Source of the DNA: an uncultured Gemmatimonadaceae bacterium
Lineage (GTDB): Bacteria > Gemmatimonadota > Gemmatimonadetes > Gemmatimonadales > Gemmatimonadaceae
Length of the DNA: 64,000 nt
Assembly: GCA_963781585.1 (NCBI GenBank)
Contig: CAWAGQ010000003.1
Coordinates: 1 to 64,000 of the forward strand
Direction of reading: 5' to 3'
Under the pieces are notes generated by a model, which worked only from the letters and a program-made list of their open reading frames with translations, was not told where the DNA came from and did no database searches. Made by a program: the position numbers and the translations under genes. Below are positions 50,436-58,695 of this stretch, one piece after another; the first letter of the stretch is position 1, and each line of letters opens with the position of its first letter.

Positions 50436-51020
50436 CTACTGGGCGCCGAGCGAATACTTCGGGTTCGGTCGCAACTCTCCGTCCACCAGGATTTCGCGGT
50501 CCCACGGAAGGACGATCGTGCTCTCGGTGGCGAGCGCGTAGAAATCCGGCTCGTACGGGCCGGTCCGGAACGAGACCGCGGTACGTAGCTCGGCGGCTCC
50601 CGCGTTCACGATTGCCGCCACCGCCAGCCGCATCGTCTCGCCGGAATCGCACGTCTCATCGACGATCAGCACGCGCCGGCCTCGCACCTCCTGCGGCGCC
50701 TGCCCCAGGACGGCCGGCGTCTGGCGCACGTGCGCCCGTTCTTCGCGTCGCGTCACCAGGATGGAACGAAAGTCGCGATCGAGAATGGCCGCCACCACCG
50801 CGCCGGGAATCACGCCGGCCGTCGCGATGCCGACCACGATCTCCGGCTCGTAGTCCCGCGCCACCTTCAGCGCGAGAGCGCGGGAGAGCTCGCCGAACAG
50901 CGGCCATTCGACCTCGAAAACGTCCTGTTTGGGTTCCACCTGATACCGGGGGCTGAGAAGGCTGACACACGACCCGCCGACCTGCGGGCGGAGACGGCAT
51001 GTGCCAAAACCTATCGCCAC
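50436..51020 (-). CDS. Type I phosphoribosyltransferase (Gpt/Hpt-like)
   Basis: VLIVDETCDSGET PRPP-binding motif, LPW; start uncertain. Confidence 0.85.
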   Translation of the reverse strand: MAIGFGTCRLRPQVGGSCVSLLSPRYQVEPKQDVFEVEWPLFGELSRALALKVARDYEPEIVVGIATAGVIPGAVVAAILDRDFRSILVTRREERAHVRQTPAVLGQAPQEVRGRRVLIVDETCDSGETMRLAVAAIVNAGAAELRTAVSFRTGPYEPDFYALATESTIVLPWDREILVDGELRPNPKYSLGAQ

Positions 51021-51205
51021 GTTTCCGGGGAAGCGAGTTGGGTGCGTGCGGACAGCAAGCGATGCGCGTCGCGCGTGCCGAGACGGTTGCTCGCCGGGGA
51101 CACCGGCGATACTTTTGCCCTCGTTGCGGGCGTCCTCGGCGGTACGCCCGCGTTGTGCCTCGGTGTCGCTCGCGGCGCTCGCACCTCAGCCGACTCCCAA
51201 CACGC

Positions 51206-51673
51206 ATGTCCTGGTGGAGCCGCCTGCTTGGCGGCAGGTCCGACAGCGAGCTCAAGCCACAGCGCGTCGATTATCTCAACGAGGCGCTGGCACTGGAGCG
51301 CCAGGGTGACTACGACGCGGCGCTCACGTCGTACCGGCTCGCGTTGCGCGACAAGCCCTACGATGCCCGCGTGCTGCAGAACATGGCCATCGCGTACACG
51401 AAACTGAACCGCCACGACGAAGCGATCCGCTGCTATCGCCGGGCCCTCGAGGTACAGCCGTCGCTGTCCGGCGCGCACTATGGCCTGGCGTACCTGCTGC
51501 TGCGTCGCGGCGATCGCACGGGAGCGGAGTCGCACCTCGACGCGTTCCTCGCCGCGCCGCCGTCCGGACCGGAAGCCGACCGATGGGTCGAGCACGCCCG
51601 AGAGACCTTGGCCACGCTCCGGGCACCGGGTAGCGCCGAGCCATCCGCGGAGCCTTCGGCAAAAGAGCCGTAA
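51206..51673 (+). CDS. TPR repeat protein
   Basis: About three TPR motifs after MSWWSRLLGG. Confidence 0.8.
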   Translation: MSWWSRLLGGRSDSELKPQRVDYLNEALALERQGDYDAALTSYRLALRDKPYDARVLQNMAIAYTKLNRHDEAIRCYRRALEVQPSLSGAHYGLAYLLLRRGDRTGAESHLDAFLAAPPSGPEADRWVEHARETLATLRAPGSAEPSAEPSAKEP

Positions 51674-51674
51674 C

Positions 51675-52442
51675 GTGGGGCGTGTTCTCGCGGTCGTCAG
51701 CCAGAAGGGTGGCGTTGGCAAGACCACGACTTCGGTCAACCTCGCGGCGGCCTTCGCGCGCCGGGGCATGAAGACCCTGCTCGTGGACGTGGATCCCCAG
51801 GGCGCGGTGCGATACGGCGCCGGGCTCCGACGCGGCCATCCACCGTACGGATTCGCGGATTATCTCACGGGGGATCGGTCGCTTCGCGAGGTGCTCCTCC
51901 CCACCGCCCTGCCCTGGCTCCGCGTCATTCTGACCGGCTCGGTCACCGACGAGTCGGATCATTCCCGCTACATCACGCTGGTCTCGCGCACCGATGTCGT
52001 GGACGAGCTGCTGCGCACCGCACGCGAGCGCTGCGACGTGGTGGTGGTCGACACCCCTCCAGGCCTCGGTCCGATCGTCCAGCGGGTGCTGCACGCGAGC
52101 CAGCATGTGATCGTTCCACTTCAGTGCGAGCCCCTCGCGCTCCAGACAACGCCCCAGATTCTGAGGGGTATTCAGGAAATCGTGGCGACCAACGGCGACC
52201 TGATCCTGGACGGCATCCTGCTCACCATGTACGAACAGGGAAATCCGTCGTCCGACCGCATCGCGCAATACGTGCAGACGCATCTTCCCCACAACATGGT
52301 GTTCGACGTCCGGATCCCGCGGACCCTCGCGGCCGTGGACGCGTTCGCCGCCGGACAGCCGGTGGTGCTCCGCTCGCCCGCAGATCCGGCGGCACAGGCC
52401 TACGTGAACCTGGCGACGTTGCTGGCCGAGCGATTTCGATGA
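51675..52442 (+). CDS. ParA/Soj family ATPase
   Basis: QKGGVGKTT, DVDPQG, DTPPGLG, PLQCE. Confidence 0.92.
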   Translation: MGRVLAVVSQKGGVGKTTTSVNLAAAFARRGMKTLLVDVDPQGAVRYGAGLRRGHPPYGFADYLTGDRSLREVLLPTALPWLRVILTGSVTDESDHSRYITLVSRTDVVDELLRTARERCDVVVVDTPPGLGPIVQRVLHASQHVIVPLQCEPLALQTTPQILRGIQEIVATNGDLILDGILLTMYEQGNPSSDRIAQYVQTHLPHNMVFDVRIPRTLAAVDAFAAGQPVVLRSPADPAAQAYVNLATLLAERFR

Positions 52443-53212
52443 GGCGTCGATGGTGGTGGACCGCGGCCCTCGCGGCGGTGGGGTCATGTATCACGATCTC
52501 GACCGACCCACACGAGGTCATCTCGATCGAGTTCGTCGAACTTCCATGGCCCGCCGTTGTGGTCGGCGACACCCTGCGCGACCAGGGCGGCGCGGTGGCG
52601 CCCCTCTCGGCCCGTCTGTTCGAGGCGTCCGGAGCGGAAGTGACAGACGCCCAGATACAGTTCCTGAGTCGCGACGCCACGGTCACAATCGTCAACGGCG
52701 ATCTGGTGGTCGGCGGCTCCACCACCGGCATGGCCCGACTGCTGGCCTCGGGAGCCGGCCTTCAAAGCGTCGTCAGGCAGATCCAGGTAGTACCGCGTCC
52801 CGACTCGCTGGCGCCCGAGGGGACGATCGACACGCTCCGCCTCGTGCTTCCCGATTCGCCCCAGCAGAACCGGTCGGGCGACCTGAAAGTGAAGATGGTG
52901 TCGGTCGACGCCGGTGGCGCCGCCACCCCGGTTGGTTCCTGGATCGTTTCGTTCGCGCTCGAATTCGACGGAGCGCCAGTTGCCCCCGGCGACACGTCAC
53001 ATCTGTACCTCGCCGACGAAGCCGGCCGGGTGTCCTCCTCCGACACCACCGACACCCAGGGGATTGCGTCGCGCCGCATCCGGTTCAAGGTGCTTCCCGG
53101 AACAACTATACCGCCGCTCGACTCGGTGATCGTGATCGTCACGGCATCCTACCGTGGGAGCCCGCTTGCCGGCACGCCGGTGCGACTCGTCCTTCCCGTC
53201 ACTCCGAAATAG
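52439..53212 (+). CDS. Putative lipoprotein, beta-rich (Ig-like)
   Basis: MRRRWWW...AVGSC lipobox-like signal; start overlaps the parA stop. Confidence 0.65.
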   Translation: MRRRWWWTAALAAVGSCITISTDPHEVISIEFVELPWPAVVVGDTLRDQGGAVAPLSARLFEASGAEVTDAQIQFLSRDATVTIVNGDLVVGGSTTGMARLLASGAGLQSVVRQIQVVPRPDSLAPEGTIDTLRLVLPDSPQQNRSGDLKVKMVSVDAGGAATPVGSWIVSFALEFDGAPVAPGDTSHLYLADEAGRVSSSDTTDTQGIASRRIRFKVLPGTTIPPLDSVIVIVTASYRGSPLAGTPVRLVLPVTPK

Positions 53213-53252
53213 ACCAACATTGCGTCCGTACGCTGCCACTCCGGAGGGCACC

Positions 53253-55097
53253 ATGTACGCGCGCGGCGAAGGTGAGCGTGCCGAGCCCGGTACGCTGACC
53301 TCGCTCTTCTTCGATACCACGCGGGAGATCGACAAGCCGGACGCGCTACAGGTGCGAGTGGAGGGCACGTGGAAGCCCATTTCGCACGGCACGCTGCGGG
53401 AGCGCGTGCGACATGTGGCGCTCGGGCTGCTCGCCCTCGGGGTGCGCCGGGGCGACCGCGTGGCCATTCTCTCGGAGAACCGGCCCGAGTGGGCCATCGC
53501 CGACTGGGCCTGCCTGACGATCGGCGTGGTGGTCGTGCCGATCTACCCCTCGCTGCCGGCCGAACAGGTCTCCTATCTGCTGATCGACAGCGGTGTGACC
53601 GCGATCTTCACGTCGATCGCCTCGCAGACCGAGAAGATCGTCTCGGTGCGCAGCCAGGCGCCCACGCTGCGTACCGTCATCGCCTTCGACGACAAGCCGA
53701 CCCGCGGCGCCGACATGGCGCTCCGCGACCTGGAGGCGAGGGGCGCGTCGGCCGACACGCCGGACCGCGCCGCGCAGTACGAGCGGGATGCCAGGGCGAT
53801 CCGCCCCGACGACCTGGCTACGGTGATCTACACCTCCGGGACGACCGGCGTCCCGAAAGGGGCGATGCTGTCTCACGACAACATTCATTCGGAGATCGTC
53901 GCGATCCGCCGGGTCATCCCGGCCGACACGCACGACACGGAGCTCAGCTTCCTCCCTCTCAGCCACGTGTTTCAGCGCGTCGCGGACTACTACCTGTTCG
54001 CGTGCGGCGCCACCATCGCCTACGTCGATTCGTTCGACCTCGTGCCCATCGCCATGCAGGAAGTGCGCCCCACGCTCGCGTGCTCGGTACCCCGCGTGTA
54101 CGAGAAGCTGTACGCGCGGGTGCTGGACAACGCGATGTCGGGCGGTCCCGTGAAGAAGCGGATCTTCTCGTGGGCCCGAGCCACCGGGAATCGCTGGGCG
54201 AACGAGCGCGTGGACGGCCGCACTCCCTCGCGTTGGCTTTCGGCGCGCTACGCGCTGGCCCGGCGGCTGGTGTTTTCGAAGATCAAGGCCCGCACCGGGG
54301 GCAACCTGCGCTACTTCATTTCCGGGGGCGCGCCCCTCGCGCCGGATATCAATGCGTTCTTCTACGCCGCCGGACTCACGATTCTCGAGGGGTACGGTCT
54401 CACCGAGACGTCGGCGGTGATCTCGGTGAATACGCCCGCACACTTCCGCATCGGGACCGTGGGCCGACCGATCGGCGGCGTGGAGGTCCGCATCGATGCC
54501 GATGGCGAGATCCTCACGCGCGGACCGCACGTCATGCAGGGATACCTCAACAAGCCCGACGCCACGCGTGAAGCCATCGACGCCGAAGGGTGGTTCCACA
54601 CCGGGGACATCGGCCGGATCGACGATGGGTTCATCCGGATTACCGATCGCAAGAAGGATCTGATCGTGACCGCCGGCGGAAAGAAGATCGCGCCGCAACC
54701 GATCGAGAACCTCGCCAAGACCAACAAGTACGTGAGTCAGGCGGTCATGATCGGCGACCGCCGCAAGTACCCGGCCATGCTGGTGGTGCCGAACTTCGAG
54801 CAGCTCGAGAAGTGGGCGAAGCTGCGCAATATCATCTGGACCGATCGCGCCCAGCTCCTGGCCATGCCGACGATCAACGCGAAGATGAAGAAGGAACTGG
54901 GCGACACGCTCATGGGTCTGGCGAGCTTCGAGACGCCGAAGAAGGTCGGCCTCCTGGTCCACGACTTCACGGTCGAGTCGGGCGAGCTGACGCCGACGCT
55001 CAAGGTGCGGCGGCGGATCATCGAGACGAAGTATCGGGACCTGATCGACTCGCTCTACGACTCGAGCGAGCACGCGGTGATCGACGCCCGGCCGTAG
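53253..55097 (+). CDS. Long-chain fatty acid--CoA ligase
   Basis: YTSGTTGVPKG, EGYGLTET, FHTGDIG, DRKKD. Confidence 0.93.
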   Translation: MYARGEGERAEPGTLTSLFFDTTREIDKPDALQVRVEGTWKPISHGTLRERVRHVALGLLALGVRRGDRVAILSENRPEWAIADWACLTIGVVVVPIYPSLPAEQVSYLLIDSGVTAIFTSIASQTEKIVSVRSQAPTLRTVIAFDDKPTRGADMALRDLEARGASADTPDRAAQYERDARAIRPDDLATVIYTSGTTGVPKGAMLSHDNIHSEIVAIRRVIPADTHDTELSFLPLSHVFQRVADYYLFACGATIAYVDSFDLVPIAMQEVRPTLACSVPRVYEKLYARVLDNAMSGGPVKKRIFSWARATGNRWANERVDGRTPSRWLSARYALARRLVFSKIKARTGGNLRYFISGGAPLAPDINAFFYAAGLTILEGYGLTETSAVISVNTPAHFRIGTVGRPIGGVEVRIDADGEILTRGPHVMQGYLNKPDATREAIDAEGWFHTGDIGRIDDGFIRITDRKKDLIVTAGGKKIAPQPIENLAKTNKYVSQAVMIGDRRKYPAMLVVPNFEQLEKWAKLRNIIWTDRAQLLAMPTINAKMKKELGDTLMGLASFETPKKVGLLVHDFTVESGELTPTLKVRRRIIETKYRDLIDSLYDSSEHAVIDARP

Positions 55098-55098
55098 G

Positions 55099-55761
55099 CT
55101 ATCGCGCCCGCGAGAGGGGAACCGGTCTGGTCGGCGACGCGGTGCGTTCACCCACCCACCACGCCTGGTCGCGGGCGAGCTCGCGTACATCCGGCGGGAG
55201 CGGCGTGCCCGCCGGTGCGACGACGCGCCCCCCCGGCCGCACCGCGCGCAGGGCGTCCGCGACCAGCGTCGGGTCCTGTGCCACCGCCTGGTCGATGGCG
55301 GTGCCGCGCGCGCACTCTGGCGCGAGCGGCATGCGCCCATCGACCAGGACGATCGAGACGCCGTCGCCGGGGGCGACCGAGTGCGGCGGATTGACCAGCA
55401 GGCATTCTGCGTCGTAGGCCGCGAACAGCGCGCTCGCCAGCGTGCCCCAGCCACCGGTCAACAGGTAGGGCCCTCCCGGCGTCCGGATGTCGAGGAGCGC
55501 CGCGGCGCGCAGCAGCGCCTCATCGTCGGGCGCGCCGGCGTCGGCGTGGATCGTTCCGGCGGCGCCCTCGGGCGCCTGTCGCCCCTGGACGCCGCGAAAG
55601 TCGGCCACGTAGTCGCGAATCGGGTACCGCGCCGAGCAGACCGGGCAGCCTAACGAGCCGGAGGCGATGTAGCGCCCCTCCTGCCGATCGATGCTGGCCA
55701 CCAGCCCGGAGGGCTCGTGCGCTTCGACGCAGCGAAGCGCGCCGACCAGTTCGATGTGCAT
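55099..55761 (-). CDS. Hypothetical protein, Trm112-like N-terminus with methyltransferase-like remnant
   Basis: LRC...LGCPVC..YPI and LRAVRPGG. Confidence 0.5.
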   Translation of the reverse strand: MHIELVGALRCVEAHEPSGLVASIDRQEGRYIASGSLGCPVCSARYPIRDYVADFRGVQGRQAPEGAAGTIHADAGAPDDEALLRAAALLDIRTPGGPYLLTGGWGTLASALFAAYDAECLLVNPPHSVAPGDGVSIVLVDGRMPLAPECARGTAIDQAVAQDPTLVADALRAVRPGGRVVAPAGTPLPPDVRELARDQAWWVGERTASPTRPVPLSRAR

Positions 55762-56480
55762 CACGCCCTCGCCAGGCGGATCTCTTCGATGTCGACGTCG
55801 GGCGGCCTGGTGACCGCGTACAGCACGGCGTCGGCGACCGCCTCGGGTCGCAGCATCCGTGCACGGGGGGTGAGACCCGCGCGCTGGCCGGGATCGACGC
55901 TGTCCCACATGGTCGTATCGACCGGCCCCGGAGACACCAGCGAGACCCGGATGCCGCTGTCGCGCAGTTCCTCGCGCAGCACTTCGTGCACGGCGCGCGC
56001 CCCGAACTTGCTGGCCGCATAGGCCGCGTTGCCCGGGAACGCCCGGTGATCGGCGATCGACCCCACGGTCACCACCTGCCCGGTTCCGCGTTCGCGCATC
56101 TGTGGCAGCAGCGCGTTTACGAGGCGGTACGGCGCCAGGAGGTTCACCCCGAGCAGGCGCGCGAAGTCCTCGGGCGGCAGGGACCCCACCGGGGCGAGGA
56201 CGAACAGGCCGGCGTTCTGCACCAGCACGTCGGGCGCCCCGCCGAGGAGTTGCCGCATCTCGGCGAGCGTCGCGTCCACGTCGTCGCTGCGGGCGAGGTC
56301 GCAGCCCACGGCACGCGCCAGTCCGCCTAACGACTCGGCGGCCGCGGTCAGGCGCGGCGATTCCCGCCCGAGCAGCAGCGTGCGCGCCCCCGCGCCCACC
56401 AGCGCGCGAGCAATGGCATAACCGATCCCGCGCGACGCCCCGGTCACCAGCGCGGTCCGTCCCTCGAGGACCTCCGTCAT
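55761..56480 (-). CDS. SDR family oxidoreductase
   Basis: TGASRGIG, NAG, YAASK. Confidence 0.93.
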   Translation of the reverse strand: MTEVLEGRTALVTGASRGIGYAIARALVGAGARTLLLGRESPRLTAAAESLGGLARAVGCDLARSDDVDATLAEMRQLLGGAPDVLVQNAGLFVLAPVGSLPPEDFARLLGVNLLAPYRLVNALLPQMRERGTGQVVTVGSIADHRAFPGNAAYAASKFGARAVHEVLREELRDSGIRVSLVSPGPVDTTMWDSVDPGQRAGLTPRARMLRPEAVADAVLYAVTRPPDVDIEEIRLARA

Positions 56481-56531
56481 GGCGGCGATCGCCCGGTCCG
56501 GGTCACGCCGGTGTCCGCGGCCGCGGCCTCG

Positions 56532-56945
56532 TCAGGCACCGTCGTACTCCACCACGTTGTTCTCGGTCTCCCAGAGCCGGATGCGCGCGAGCGTCGCCGG
56601 CGCCACCCGCGGAGCCAGAATCTGCCAGAACGCCACCACCACATTCTCGGCCGTCGGAATCACACCATGCAGAAAATCCACCTCGAGATTCAGGTTGCGA
56701 TGATCCACCTTGTCGATGATCTCGCGCTTCACCAGGTCGCGCAGCCGCGCCAGGTCGAACACGTAGCCGGTGCGCTGCTCGACCGATCCGCGCACCGATA
56801 CCTCAAGCACGTAGTTGTGCCCGTGCCAGTTCGGGTTGTTGCACTTGCCGAACAGCGCGGCGTTCTCGGCGTCGCTGAGCGCCGGATTATGGACCCGATG
56901 CGCCGCGTTGAAATGCAGACGCCGGGTCACGGTCACATTGGGCAT
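56532..56945 (-). CDS. queD: 6-carboxytetrahydropterin synthase / PTPS
   Basis: FNAAHR, GKCNNPNWHGHNY, DHRNLN, TAEN, WET. Confidence 0.88.
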   Translation of the reverse strand: MPNVTVTRRLHFNAAHRVHNPALSDAENAALFGKCNNPNWHGHNYVLEVSVRGSVEQRTGYVFDLARLRDLVKREIIDKVDHRNLNLEVDFLHGVIPTAENVVVAFWQILAPRVAPATLARIRLWETENNVVEYDGA

Positions 56946-57064
56946 GGAAATGCCATAGGGGTGAGCGATCCTCGCCGCTCGCGCGGCATCCGCTTGAGCC
57001 GGGCAGGGGATTGCGCATAAGTTCACCCGCCGGAGGACGCACGGTTCCGGACTGCCCAGACAGG

Positions 57065-57097
57065 AAAGCCAGGGGGCTCCGTCTGGAGCCCCCTGGC
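57065..57097 (-). terminator. Perfect 13-bp GC hairpin, likely terminator
   Basis: GCCAGGGGGCTCC-N4-GGAGCCCCCTGGC followed by TTT on the minus strand. Confidence 0.6.
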
Positions 57098-57307
57098 GGT
57101 CGGAACGAAGAGGGTTTTTTGAAGCCCGTACGAAAGAAATAAGGCCCGCACCATGCTTTCGCCTTCCCCGCACTGGGGCATGACGTCACCACAGGTTGTT
57201 GAGCCCCCTCGCAGGACCTGTTGGCTCAAAAAATCGATCCCTTCGCCCCGAGTCTTTCGAGCCGCCGGCAATGTATCGGCGGGATCGGCACCGGTCAAAT
57301 CACTCCC

Positions 57308-57478
57308 ATGGATATCGGAATAGTCGCGGCCCTGGCAATGCTCGTGGTTTGGGCGGTCGGCACCTTCGCGTTCGATGCGCCCGGCTGGATCCACCTCCTC
57401 CTCAGCGCCGGCATCTTCCTGCTGATCTGGCGGATCGTGGCGCGCGGCCGGCCGCCGGATTCTCACGACAAGTCGTGA
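57308..57478 (+). CDS. Small membrane protein (lmo0937-like)
   Basis: 56 aa, LVVWAVG...GWIHLLL. Confidence 0.65.
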   Translation: MDIGIVAALAMLVVWAVGTFAFDAPGWIHLLLSAGIFLLIWRIVARGRPPDSHDKS

Positions 57479-57720
57479 GTAGCTCGTCGCCCCGTGCACG
57501 AAGACCAGATCCTGTGCTACGACGAGCCAGCGCGGGCGCCCGACACCGTGATCCGGCACCACACACCTGTGGCGAACGCTCCATGTGCACCGGCACAGCT
57601 GGCCTGTGCGCCATCGCACACACGGCCGCCGAGCCGAACCCGACGTTACCTGGCGTAACGTTTCCACCGCGCGCGTAACGGAGTGTGTGGAGAACCGGGC
57701 GCCGCCGTCGCCGGAGGCGG

Positions 57721-58695
57721 TCAAATCTCCCAGTTTGACAGCACTACGCCCGACGTCGCCCGCGGCTCATCGAATCCGGCCGATGTCATGCGCAGGTCGG
57801 TCCAGCGCACTCGTGCTCCCATCTGGAGCAACCGCGCGTAGGCCGGGCGATACTCACCCTGCATTCGTATGGCGACGCGCCTGGTGGCGGAGCTGCGCGC
57901 CACCAGGGCGAGGAGGCGCGCCATCGTCTCCATGTCGTCCTCGGCGGCCAGCACCAGCTTCAGGACACGCAGCTCCTCGCGGGCGCGCCCTTCCACCAGG
58001 GGGGCGGTGTGAAAGAGTGCGAATCCCGCCAGCGCACCGTTTCGCTGCATCAGGACCGTGTCGCCGAGTGCGAGGTCGTGGGTGAGCCGTATCTCGCGCG
58101 TGTAGTCGTATCCCGGAATCTGCTGCTGCGTAATCGTGCGGCACACGCCGATCAACTCGTCGCGTCGCTCCGGTGAGAACCGACTCAGGAGCAGTGCGTC
58201 CCCGTCACTGGCGGCGGCGTCGAGCGTGACCGTGAGGGTGAGGCGCTCTGGCACGAACCCGAGACCCGAGTAGAACCCGATGTTGTCCATTGTGCGCGGC
58301 ATCGTTTCCAGACCGATCACCGTCGCACCCCGTGAACGCAGCCAGGAGACGCCGGCGCGCACGACCGCCTTCCCGAGGCCGCTTCCTTGCCATTCGGGAC
58401 GCACGGCGAGCGGCCCCATCCAGCCCTCGCAACCCGACTGGTGAGCGATGTTGAACGCCACGATGTCGCCCCGGTCGCCGCGCCACAGCAGGGCGCCCCC
58501 CCCAGCGTCGCTGATGGCGTACCGCCAGATCGCCGGATTGAGCTGTGGCACGCGCACCCCCATCATGCCGTCGCGCCGATATCGTTCCGTGAACGCATCG
58601 CTGAAGAGCTGGTTGAGCGCGGCGATGTCGTCAGGGCCGGCCGGCATCGGTCCCAGCAGATCGCGATCCACCCGCCACTCGCGCGCCGTTGTCAT
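57721..58695 (-). CDS. GNAT family N-acetyltransferase
   Basis: LAVRPEWQGSGLGK, N.GFYSGLGF. Confidence 0.88.
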   Translation of the reverse strand: MTTAREWRVDRDLLGPMPAGPDDIAALNQLFSDAFTERYRRDGMMGVRVPQLNPAIWRYAISDAGGGALLWRGDRGDIVAFNIAHQSGCEGWMGPLAVRPEWQGSGLGKAVVRAGVSWLRSRGATVIGLETMPRTMDNIGFYSGLGFVPERLTLTVTLDAAASDGDALLLSRFSPERRDELIGVCRTITQQQIPGYDYTREIRLTHDLALGDTVLMQRNGALAGFALFHTAPLVEGRAREELRVLKLVLAAEDDMETMARLLALVARSSATRRVAIRMQGEYRPAYARLLQMGARVRWTDLRMTSAGFDEPRATSGVVLSNWEI

